Shown piece after piece: positions 26,027 to 33,430 of a DNA stretch of 39,182 nt. The notes under the pieces were generated by a model, which was not told the origin of the DNA, ran no database searches, and saw nothing but the letters and a program-made list of their open reading frames with translations. Source of the DNA: a bacterium (lineage in GTDB: Bacteria; Patescibacteriota; Minisyncoccia; Phycocordibacterales; VMGT01); assembly GCA_023264615.1 (NCBI GenBank), contig JAHFLU010000002.1, positions 1-39,182 on the forward strand, given 5' to 3'. Each line of letters begins with the position of its first letter. The stretch's first letter is position 1. Both the position numbers and the translations under genes were made by a program.

Positions 26027-26857
26027 TCACCCTTGTAGTGGAAATGTGGTATATGGCCAATATTCGCGAGGCCAAAGTGACTCTACGAGTTTATAGAAAT
26101 CTGTATGCGCACGGCTCGCATCATCTTCGCCGCCGCATGCAAGATGATACAAATAACTCGCATACATTCCTTGCGGATCCTGCCCATCCTCATAATACTC
26201 GCCTGTTGTCGCATCACCTCCTAGTGCGATGGTTATGATCGCTGCGGCCTTGGCAATTTGCTCTTTCCGTATATCCGCAGGCACTAAATCTTGATGATAC
26301 GCTGCTGCGGTCATGTCGAAAAAGAGAATGAAATGTTGCTCTCGCTCAATAAGTACGTTGTCTCCGGTCATGCGACCGGGTGAGATATTCTGGCTGTATG
26401 AGAATGCGAGGAATTTAAGCAACTTGCCCATCATCCACGCACTGGTCTTGCAATCAACGCGTACTTTGTCGCGTGTCGTGATATGTCGCACTGGTACGAG
26501 GGTCCGAAGATCCGGAACGGCATGAAAATCGAGAATATTGACCCGGCGCCCACCTTGACGCTCTGAAATAAAGCTCTCGTGCAGATCAGGAAAACAGAGT
26601 TGATAATTCAGAAAAACATTTGGATCGCTTTTCACTGCCATGTACTCGTCTTCCAACAATGCTGCATGACCCCTCATTTCCGAGAGAAATTCTGCTTCAT
26701 CGGCGATGAGGGCATTGTGCTCGGTTGTGGCAGCGATTTTCAAAATATAGCTTTTGTCGCTACCACGACACGAATACAATTTGAAGTTCTTTGTCTTCCC
26801 GAGCGGTTGGAGAATGTCATACGACCCGTTGGGACTTTTAAGAATCTTTTTTTCCAA
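26027..26857 (-). CDS. Protein-kinase-like fold protein (atypical kinase or pseudokinase)
   Basis: The TTG start at 26857 has a strong SD (GAGGAGAAAG) 8 nt upstream. An upstream in-frame ATG hits a stop. Ordered landmarks are 'LGKTKNFKLY', 'YILKIA' (Lys), 'EAEFL' (Glu), 'GDNVLIE' and 'LFFDMT' (Asp). Confidence 0.55.
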   Translation of the reverse strand: MEKKILKSPNGSYDILQPLGKTKNFKLYSCRGSDKSYILKIAATTEHNALIADEAEFLSEMRGHAALLEDEYMAVKSDPNVFLNYQLCFPDLHESFISERQGGRRVNILDFHAVPDLRTLVPVRHITTRDKVRVDCKTSAWMMGKLLKFLAFSYSQNISPGRMTGDNVLIEREQHFILFFDMTAAAYHQDLVPADIRKEQIAKAAAIITIALGGDATTGEYYEDGQDPQGMYASYLYHLACGGEDDASRAHTDFYKLVESLWPREYWPYTTFPLQG

Positions 26858-26905
26858 GCTACTTTCTCCTCATGACAGAGGTATTCAATGACCACATCTT
26901 GTGTA

Positions 26906-26934
26906 CTTATAACAGTATGAATCTATTTTGTCAA
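26906..26934 (-). promoter_or_regulatory. Near-consensus promoter for the kinase-like/vWA/PurA-like operon
   Basis: Read on the minus strand: TTGACA (26934-26929), an exact 17-nt spacer, then TATAAG (26911-26906). It lies about 50 nt upstream of the TTG start at 26857. Confidence 0.5.
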
Positions 26935-26941
26935 TGCTCTA

Positions 26942-26971
26942 TTGACAGAGGAACATTACTTATGTTAGTTT
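26942..26971 (+). promoter_or_regulatory. Possible divergent promoter for the 27030-27683 gene
   Basis: TTGACA (26942-26947), an 18-nt spacer, then TAGTTT (26966-26971). Its -35 box is the mirror arm of the minus-strand -35 (TTGTCAAT-N5-ATTGACA). Confidence 0.3.
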
Positions 26972-27029
26972 CTGAAAAGCCCGTGATTTTAAGCGGTAAA
27001 ATAATAGCTTGGAGTTTGGAGATTTTTTC

Positions 27030-27683
27030 ATGGAAACCGTTTATTCTCCGTCAAATCTGCCCATTTTTGCTCCCCATACGTCTGGCCATGCAATTCCGGT
27101 TCCTGAAGAGCGCATCTGTTGTGCTGTTCCCTATGCGACCAATATTTTAGCGCCTTGGGAACTACAAAAGGCGGCTGTGGGAGCATGGCACATGATTATC
27201 GAACTGGACATGCCGAAAAGAAATGTCACGTTCTGGCCGGAAGGGTATCCTGAAGGGATGCCTCGCTGTGACGAATATTCGAATAATGAGGTGCTTTATA
27301 CGTGTACGCCCCTTGAGGTCATGCAGTATGGGGACAATGAAGCTGCAGACCTGTTGTATCTCACGTATCGGTCATATCCCGGTGTCAAAGTTTTCAAGGT
27401 GAGAAAAACAGTTCCTGTCATTGTCCTCGGACAAGTCACTAGGAATAGTATGTTCCGCACGGCAGAGAGTCTTCTCGGAAAAGCTGCTGCGGTTCCTGCG
27501 GACTCCTACATTTTGAAAAGTCCTCTTGTCGAACAGTATTACTTTAACACTCCAAAAAAGTTCGAGCAGTTGTATGGTGGTGTTATACATCCGGGATCAG
27601 TGCCAAATAAGGCGCTCTGTGATGTAAAAGAGGGATGGGCAAACTTCGGGGTTGATACAAGTTTCTTGCAAAAGCAAAGCTAG
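27030..27683 (+). CDS. Orphan protein, unknown function
   Basis: The ATG at 27030 is preceded by GGAG 8 nt upstream; the track start 27009 is a TTG. 217 aa, soluble-looking, no motif recognised. Confidence 0.55.
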   Translation: METVYSPSNLPIFAPHTSGHAIPVPEERICCAVPYATNILAPWELQKAAVGAWHMIIELDMPKRNVTFWPEGYPEGMPRCDEYSNNEVLYTCTPLEVMQYGDNEAADLLYLTYRSYPGVKVFKVRKTVPVIVLGQVTRNSMFRTAESLLGKAAAVPADSYILKSPLVEQYYFNTPKKFEQLYGGVIHPGSVPNKALCDVKEGWANFGVDTSFLQKQS

Positions 27684-27786
27684 TCTCTAACTCGCCACGG
27701 CGAGCAGGGGACAAGAATGGTTTGCGCTGTGTAAGCAGGTGCAAACCGAACGTGTTGTGCTGAACGAGCTTTCAGTGGAACACGCA

Positions 27787-27818
27787 GCCGCCACGTACAA
27801 AAAATGTATCGTGGCGGC
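27787..27818. terminator. Hairpin between convergent genes (possible bidirectional terminator)
   Basis: GCCGCCACGTACA / TGTA-T-CGTGGCGGC forms a 13-bp stem with one bulge and an A5 loop. The downstream T-runs are weak (TTGACGTTT). Confidence 0.4.
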
Positions 27819-27855
27819 TTGACGTTTCGGTGGAAAAGATTTTGAAAAGGAAAGA

Positions 27856-29232
27856 TTACTCTGTAGATTTTACCGATGGTGATTTTGTAGTGTCTTTCGT
27901 CTTCGTTTCATGTGCTTCATTTTCAACGATAACCTTGATTTTGGAAACACTTTTGGGGAATGATTTCTTCCATACTGGGCGTATGGTGACTTCAGCCTTT
28001 GCTATACCTGGATATTTACCAAGTACAGTATTAATCTCTTTTTTTGGTTTGCCGACAAGATCATTAAGGAGAGCTGTTTTTTCAAAGTTCCATACGATGG
28101 AAGGGTTCCCGGTGATCGTAAGTCGAATGACATCTCCTGTCCACGGCTTCCCTTCAGGATCATCCGTCGTGATTGAGATTGCAAGGGTCTTTAGGTTTTG
28201 AATATGTATCGGTGCATTATCAAAATTCGGAATGGTTATCCGTGCGATGTATTCTGAAAGGAGAGCTTCATTGAAAATGATGCCGTGGAGCGTTATTTTC
28301 TCTCCTACGTTCACCATAGCTTCTGTATCGGTTGGCGTGTTTGGGAGCGATGTTACTTCGTCGTAGACCGCAGAATCAAAAAGAATAAAACCCTCCGGCA
28401 CCTCTTTCTGTGCTTGTGTGCGGAGTTGTTGAGAGAGCTGTGTTCGGAGAGTAGTGCGTGCTTCGGTTTCTTTTGTTACATCAACAACCTTCATCATGCC
28501 TTCAAACCCGCCGGTGATCGGCGTTTTTGTTTTAGCATAAAACCCACTAAATTGCGGAGTGTTCTTGAGGCCAGGAATCGTAAAAAGCGCAGAATCGATA
28601 TTGAACTCTGCCCCTGCAGTATCTGAATATACTGAAGCATCAACACTCCCCGGCTTTTTAGTGCCGTCTTTTTTTTCCTGTGGCGGTACAGTAACGGTAT
28701 TTGCAATCCGGTAAATAAGGCCATTCGGTGATTCGAAGCGTGTATTTTTGACGAGGCGCAAAGGCTGGTCGTTGTAGTCGTTAAAAATAGTAATTACCCC
28801 AGAGGCCTTTTGCTCAACATATTTCTCGCCTGTTGCAGGAACCGGCGTGACGTTTTCAGCGGAAATCGACATTGTTTCAAAAGGAAGCTCGAGCGGAAGT
28901 GGATTCTGTTTCGCGACAAAACTACCATTTATCGTAGTTTGTTGTTCTCGAGGCGTGACGGTGATGGTCGCTCCGGCAAAAAATACCGCAAACGTAAGAT
29001 AAAGGAGGACGATTGCGGCGCCTGCTGTTATCCATATACCAAGTCCCGAATGACCGCGTGAAAGCGGCTGCGGTGGAGGGAAACCCGGGCGTCGCGGGGG
29101 TCTACTTACTGGTTCCGAAAGAGGCGGTATGGGAGTGCTATTTATTGGGCGCGATGCCTCTGTGCCCGGCACGACGATCTGTCGTATCGAACGTCGCGGT
29201 GGAACAACGTCTTGAATGATAGGTTTTGCCAT
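27856..29232 (-). CDS. Bitopic membrane protein with a Pro-rich cytoplasmic N-terminus and a large extracytoplasmic domain
   Basis: 458 aa. 'PPRRSIRQ...PIPPLSEPVSRPPRRPGFPPPQP', then one TM (LGIWITAGAAIVLLYLTFAVFFAGA), then about 370 aa that look beta-rich. No family recognised. Confidence 0.7.
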   Translation of the reverse strand: MAKPIIQDVVPPRRSIRQIVVPGTEASRPINSTPIPPLSEPVSRPPRRPGFPPPQPLSRGHSGLGIWITAGAAIVLLYLTFAVFFAGATITVTPREQQTTINGSFVAKQNPLPLELPFETMSISAENVTPVPATGEKYVEQKASGVITIFNDYNDQPLRLVKNTRFESPNGLIYRIANTVTVPPQEKKDGTKKPGSVDASVYSDTAGAEFNIDSALFTIPGLKNTPQFSGFYAKTKTPITGGFEGMMKVVDVTKETEARTTLRTQLSQQLRTQAQKEVPEGFILFDSAVYDEVTSLPNTPTDTEAMVNVGEKITLHGIIFNEALLSEYIARITIPNFDNAPIHIQNLKTLAISITTDDPEGKPWTGDVIRLTITGNPSIVWNFEKTALLNDLVGKPKKEINTVLGKYPGIAKAEVTIRPVWKKSFPKSVSKIKVIVENEAHETKTKDTTKSPSVKSTE

Positions 29233-29322
29233 AGAACAGTTTTTGTGTTACTTCGTAGACACAACAATACCACGGAATCAATCGTATATCAACAAGTTGT
29301 TGGATGTGTTGATAACAGCTTA

Positions 29323-30537
29323 CTATGTTTTAAATAATGCATGGAGAACAGCGAGATATATGGATTCGATTCCGACAAAGAAATCTGGTTCTTCTACGCG
29401 CACGAATCGGACATGCTCCCCGAGTACTTGTGGAGTGAGGTGTGTAACACTATATCCCTGCGAACCGAGGGTTTTTCTCCCGACATTTTCTTTGTGCACC
29501 CACGACGCAAACAGCTCTCCTACATCAGGGTCTGCCATCATATACACTTGGCGTGGAATGGATTCTGCTTCAAGAACATACGAGAGTATTTTTTCAAAAT
29601 ACGCTACCCATTGTTTTCCTGCTGCCTCGATCGCTGCCTCGATCGCAAGAGATGCTTCGGGGGTTGTTTTTTTTGATATGTGTTGCCGCAGGCGCGAGAG
29701 CGCCTCTTCCGGAGTGGTCTGTAGAGTTCTTGCAGTGTCACGAAGCATTGAATTTTTTCCGTATGGGGTTGAGCAGGTTTCGACGAGAACGCCATTCTTT
29801 GAGAAAAAAATATCGGTTACTTCGCCGGTAACATCGATGAGCATAAAATTATCATTTTTAGGAAAGAGATCGCGTGTAACGGTAAATGATGCAAGCGCGA
29901 AGGAATGAAATGAAATTTTTTTGTTCAGCCAGGTTTTACGGACAATACTTTGGATACGGCTGCCGATTTCCTGTGCCACCGCGGATGTAAAGAGGGCGAC
30001 TTCAATGTGCGAGGCATTTTGCTCATAAGGCTTCGCTGTTTCATAGCCGTTGAGGAGAATTTGAATTATCTTTGTTTCGATTGTTTTCGGTTCATTTGTC
30101 TGATTTTCATGCAGTTTTCTTTCTTGCGAGGTTAAAAGACTTTGTTCAACGAGGTTATTGACAAGTACGTTTGTTACAAGAAAAGGCATGTCTTTTTCGT
30201 AGCAGAGGATTTTTGTTGTCGATGTATACCAAGGAGATGCAAGCATGCAATGAATATGTTGGACATCGCGTGCGCGTATGCCCGAAAGGTTACTATGCTC
30301 AAACGCTTCGCGATGGAGGCGGGTCGTTGCGGTTTCGAGTGCATGTAACATTGCTCCCAAAAAACGCTTGAATCCGAGATGTTGGTAGTAGGCGATGTTT
30401 TCACGCGTGACGTAGAGAATTTTCGGGTATTGCTTTTTTTCCAATGCGACAATAGCCGCACCGACACTGCCGCTGCCAATGTCGAGTACGATCGCGAGTT
30501 CCTTTTTCTGTACTGACGAAAAAGACAAAAATACCAT
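29323..30537 (-). CDS. Actin-like (ASKHA) ATPase, PilM/FtsA-like
   Basis: 404 aa. Phosphate-1 'IVLDIGSGSVGAAIV' and phosphate-2 'MLIDVTGEVTDIFF' are spaced as expected for the actin fold. The subfamily is not resolved. Confidence 0.6.
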   Translation of the reverse strand: MVFLSFSSVQKKELAIVLDIGSGSVGAAIVALEKKQYPKILYVTRENIAYYQHLGFKRFLGAMLHALETATTRLHREAFEHSNLSGIRARDVQHIHCMLASPWYTSTTKILCYEKDMPFLVTNVLVNNLVEQSLLTSQERKLHENQTNEPKTIETKIIQILLNGYETAKPYEQNASHIEVALFTSAVAQEIGSRIQSIVRKTWLNKKISFHSFALASFTVTRDLFPKNDNFMLIDVTGEVTDIFFSKNGVLVETCSTPYGKNSMLRDTARTLQTTPEEALSRLRQHISKKTTPEASLAIEAAIEAAGKQWVAYFEKILSYVLEAESIPRQVYMMADPDVGELFASWVHKENVGRKTLGSQGYSVTHLTPQVLGEHVRFVRVEEPDFFVGIESIYLAVLHALFKT

Positions 30538-30671
30538 TATATCCCCAGTATACCGTGCTTCTCTAGGTGCGTATATCGTAGACCAGTGGAAAAAAGAAAA
30601 TTGATGGAGTATACTTCTCCGTCAGACGTATACTAGACATAGACGTTTGTGTACAGGGAGGAGAGCGGTCT

Positions 30672-31007
30672 GTGGATGAAGAGATTCTCTCGCGTAGAGC
30701 GTTACGGCGGTATAGGGCACATACGCACCAAAAGCGTCGGTTTTTGGAGCGAGGTGGTCATAGCTATTTCGGCTATGACAAAAAGTTCATCGCGTATCTT
30801 AAAGAGCAGCCGAAACATTGTTCGTGTAGATTATGCGGAAATCCACGTCGGTTTCGATACTACACGAAGTATCAGTATCAACGAGATGGTTCGGGCGCGA
30901 TCGTATTTATGGTGCGATGTCGGGGATATATTCCTCTACGGGAGCGGCTCACGCTTGCCGAATGGCGGGCAGAGATCAGTTTTAAGGAACAGTTGAAAGA
31001 GTTTTAA
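30672..31007 (+). CDS. Small basic Cys-motif protein (111 aa)
   Basis: GTG start 8 nt after GGGAGGAG. 'PKHCSCRLCGNPRR' is a Cys cluster in a very Arg/Lys-rich protein. The gene ends 10 nt before a strong terminator. The alternative frame 30649-30996 overlaps it, so the frame choice is uncertain. Confidence 0.4.
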   Translation: MDEEILSRRALRRYRAHTHQKRRFLERGGHSYFGYDKKFIAYLKEQPKHCSCRLCGNPRRFRYYTKYQYQRDGSGAIVFMVRCRGYIPLRERLTLAEWRAEISFKEQLKEF

Positions 31008-31017
31008 CCTAAAAGGT

Positions 31018-31054
31018 AACAGGTCAGACCGCTCCGGTCTGACCTGTTGTTTAT
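31018..31054. terminator. Strong bidirectional intrinsic terminator
   Basis: 13-bp perfect stem AACAGGTCAGACC / GGTCTGACCTGTT (31018-31030 / 31036-31048) with a 5-nt loop. GTTTAT follows on the plus strand and ACCTTTTAGG on the minus strand. It sits between convergent genes ending at 31007 and 31064. Confidence 0.8.
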
Positions 31055-31063
31055 ACAAAAAGG

Positions 31064-31429
31064 TTACTTTTCTTCTGAAACCTCCAACTTGGGATACAAT
31101 TTTACTACCTCCAGGTACGCTTCACGAAACACTTGCAGGAGCACAAGGTCGAACTGGTGTATTAAAAGACAGGTCATGGGACGTAGGACAATCGGAAGAT
31201 ACGGGCGGATATTTTCGATGTCCATCGTATTGACACCGGGATCTGGCACTTCTTTACCGTTCGCTATTTGTTCAAGGATTCCTATTATGCACATGCTTCG
31301 AGCGTGGTGGGTAAAGGAGCTTGGTTCAGTGATCTTGAGAGAGAATCTCAGTCCGTTTGCTGATGTCAGTGCATTGCTGCGGGCAGTATGTTTTTTGTCG
31401 AGGTCGAGCAGGTGTTTCGTGGAAAGCAT
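31064..31429 (-). CDS. Hypothetical protein (121 aa) downstream of alaS
   Basis: Same strand as alaS and ends 10 nt before the bidirectional terminator. Helical-looking, no motif recognised. Preferred over the overlapping plus-strand ORF 31047-31541. Confidence 0.45.
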   Translation of the reverse strand: MLSTKHLLDLDKKHTARSNALTSANGLRFSLKITEPSSFTHHARSMCIIGILEQIANGKEVPDPGVNTMDIENIRPYLPIVLRPMTCLLIHQFDLVLLQVFREAYLEVVKLYPKLEVSEEK

Positions 31430-31521
31430 CTTTGACTCCCGTTCTATAGAAAGAAGAATCTCAAACCAAAGAGATCGACTGGAACCTTTATGCCATAAAA
31501 ACTTTAAAGAGTCAAATTTTT

Positions 31522-33393
31522 TTACTGGATCACTGCCTTGATACGGCGGATGCCTGCGGAAACAGCTTCTTCTTTTTGTATCTTGAACACCCCTTTTTCT
31601 CCGAGTTCTTTTGTATTTTGAACATGGGGGCCGCCGCAGAATTCGAGACTGAATATGCCGGAGGCAGTATCCCCTACCTGATATATCTTCACCTCGTCGC
31701 CATATTGGTCATCGAAGAGGCCGATAGCGCCGCGTTTTTTGGCTTCCTCAATAGGCATTATTTGATAGGAAACAGGAAGCGCTTCGGATATTTTTTGATT
31801 GACGAGATTTTCTACGTTTCTTTTTTCTTCGTCACTCATTTTTTTCCCATGCGTAAAATCAAATCGCAACCGTTCGGGCGTTATGTTACTTCCTTTCTGA
31901 AAGACATGATCTCCAAGGATAGTGCGGAGCGCCTGCTGGAGCAAATGTGTTGCCGTATGATACTTGACTGACATGTCGCTATGGTCTGCAAGTCCCCCTT
32001 TGAATTTCTTTTCTGCTCCGATGCGTGATGTTTGTTGATGTTTTTGCATCTCTTTGTCGAAGGCTTTTCGGTTAACGTGTACATTTTTCTTTGCGGCAAG
32101 CTCTTCGGTCACTTCAATAGGAAAACCATACGTCTGATACAGATCGAAAGCTTGTTTGCCTGTCAGTTCTGCGGACTGTATTTTTTCAAATTCTTTGAGG
32201 CCGCGTTCAAGGGTTTTTCTGAAGCGCTCCTCTTCTTCTTTGATCTCTTGCACGATGATACTTTTGGCATTTTCTACGTTGGGATATGCTTCACTATATG
32301 CTTTTGTTATATGAGGTACGAGCGATGAAAGGATATTTTTCGGCATGCCTATGGTATCCATGTGGAGAATTGCACGTCGGAGAAGCCGCCGCGTAAAATA
32401 TCCGGCATCAGTATTTGTCGGAATAATGCCATCAGCGATCATAAATACTGCTCCGCGCAGATGATCTGTCACGATGCGGAATAATTTTTTCTTATCTCCT
32501 ATATACGAAATACTCGAGAGTTCTTCAATATGTTTTATAACTGTATAAAGAACGTCTATTTTAAAAATGTCGGGATCGTTCTCGCTTGCTGCGGCAATGC
32601 GTTCAAGCCCACCGCCGAAATCAACATTGCGCTGCGGTAGTTTCGAGAATGTACCATCAGCGTTCTTGAGGTATTCCATGAAGACAGAGTTGCCGATCTC
32701 CATGAATCGTCCACAATCGCAGTTTGGGTGACAGTGGGCGCCATATGCGGTATCGTGTTCTGTACCGAAATCATAAAAAACTTCGGTGTCAGGACCTCCG
32801 GGTTCTCCCGTCGGCATGTTGTCGGGGATGCCCGCGCGGCTCCACCAGTTTTTCTTGGCATTGTAGTAAAAAATACGCCCATTCTGCATACCCCTTTCCC
32901 CACCCTGTCTCTCCGTAAAAAGCTCGACATCTTTCGCATCGATGTCCTGCTCCTTAAAAAGTCTTTTCCAGAGTTGTACCGCTTCTGCATCACGCGGGAT
33001 TTTATTTTTCTCATCTCCGGCGAAAATCGTGATGTAGAGATTGTGCGGATCAAGACCAATTTCTTTTGTGAGAAACTCAAAAAACCATGGGATCTGTTCC
33101 TGTTTAAAGTAGTCTCCGAGCGACCAGTTGCCGAGCATTTCAAAAAAAGTTGTATGGCGGTTATCACCCACCTCTTCTATGTCTTCCGCCCGAAAACATT
33201 TTTGTGAGTTTACCAAACGCACCCCCTGGGGGTGTTTTTCTCCGAGGAGGTAAGGAAGCAGCGGCTGCATGCCGGAGCCGGTGAAAAGTGTCGTCGGGTC
33301 GTTTTCTGGTGAAAGAGACGCCGACAAGAGCACAGTATGCCCCCTTTCTGCAAAGAAACGAAGATATTTCATACGGACTTGGCTGATTTTCAT
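31522..33393 (-). CDS. alaS: Alanine--tRNA ligase, short form (623 aa, no C-Ala domain)
   Basis: 'FFAERGHT...S.SL.P.NDPTLLFT.SGMQP', 'NSQKCFRAEDIEEVGDNRHTTFFEMLGNWSLGDYFK', editing-domain 'HTATHLLQQAL' and 'FCGGPHV'. Confidence 0.93.
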   Translation of the reverse strand: MKISQVRMKYLRFFAERGHTVLLSASLSPENDPTTLFTGSGMQPLLPYLLGEKHPQGVRLVNSQKCFRAEDIEEVGDNRHTTFFEMLGNWSLGDYFKQEQIPWFFEFLTKEIGLDPHNLYITIFAGDEKNKIPRDAEAVQLWKRLFKEQDIDAKDVELFTERQGGERGMQNGRIFYYNAKKNWWSRAGIPDNMPTGEPGGPDTEVFYDFGTEHDTAYGAHCHPNCDCGRFMEIGNSVFMEYLKNADGTFSKLPQRNVDFGGGLERIAAASENDPDIFKIDVLYTVIKHIEELSSISYIGDKKKLFRIVTDHLRGAVFMIADGIIPTNTDAGYFTRRLLRRAILHMDTIGMPKNILSSLVPHITKAYSEAYPNVENAKSIIVQEIKEEEERFRKTLERGLKEFEKIQSAELTGKQAFDLYQTYGFPIEVTEELAAKKNVHVNRKAFDKEMQKHQQTSRIGAEKKFKGGLADHSDMSVKYHTATHLLQQALRTILGDHVFQKGSNITPERLRFDFTHGKKMSDEEKRNVENLVNQKISEALPVSYQIMPIEEAKKRGAIGLFDDQYGDEVKIYQVGDTASGIFSLEFCGGPHVQNTKELGEKGVFKIQKEEAVSAGIRRIKAVIQ

Positions 33394-33430
33394 ACGGTAA
33401 AGCTATCAAAGACGGTCGGATTTGGTCAAA

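Noticed and set aside
26022-26075. The longer start of the vWA ORF (MASRILAIYH...).
   Set aside because: It would overlap the kinase-like gene by 49 nt. The ATG at 26021 gives a 5-nt intergenic gap.
22143-27683. A claim that the accessory cluster is compositionally foreign.
   Set aside because: My spot counts (28/60 G+C at 22561-22620, 31/60 at 22861-22920) fall inside the range of the neighbouring housekeeping genes. I therefore cannot support horizontal transfer from composition.
31047-31541. A 164-aa plus-strand ORF.
   Set aside because: It starts inside the bidirectional terminator stem, has a Ser/Arg-rich translation and runs antisense into the alaS 3' end. The minus-strand ORF 31064-31429 fits the operon and terminator layout better.
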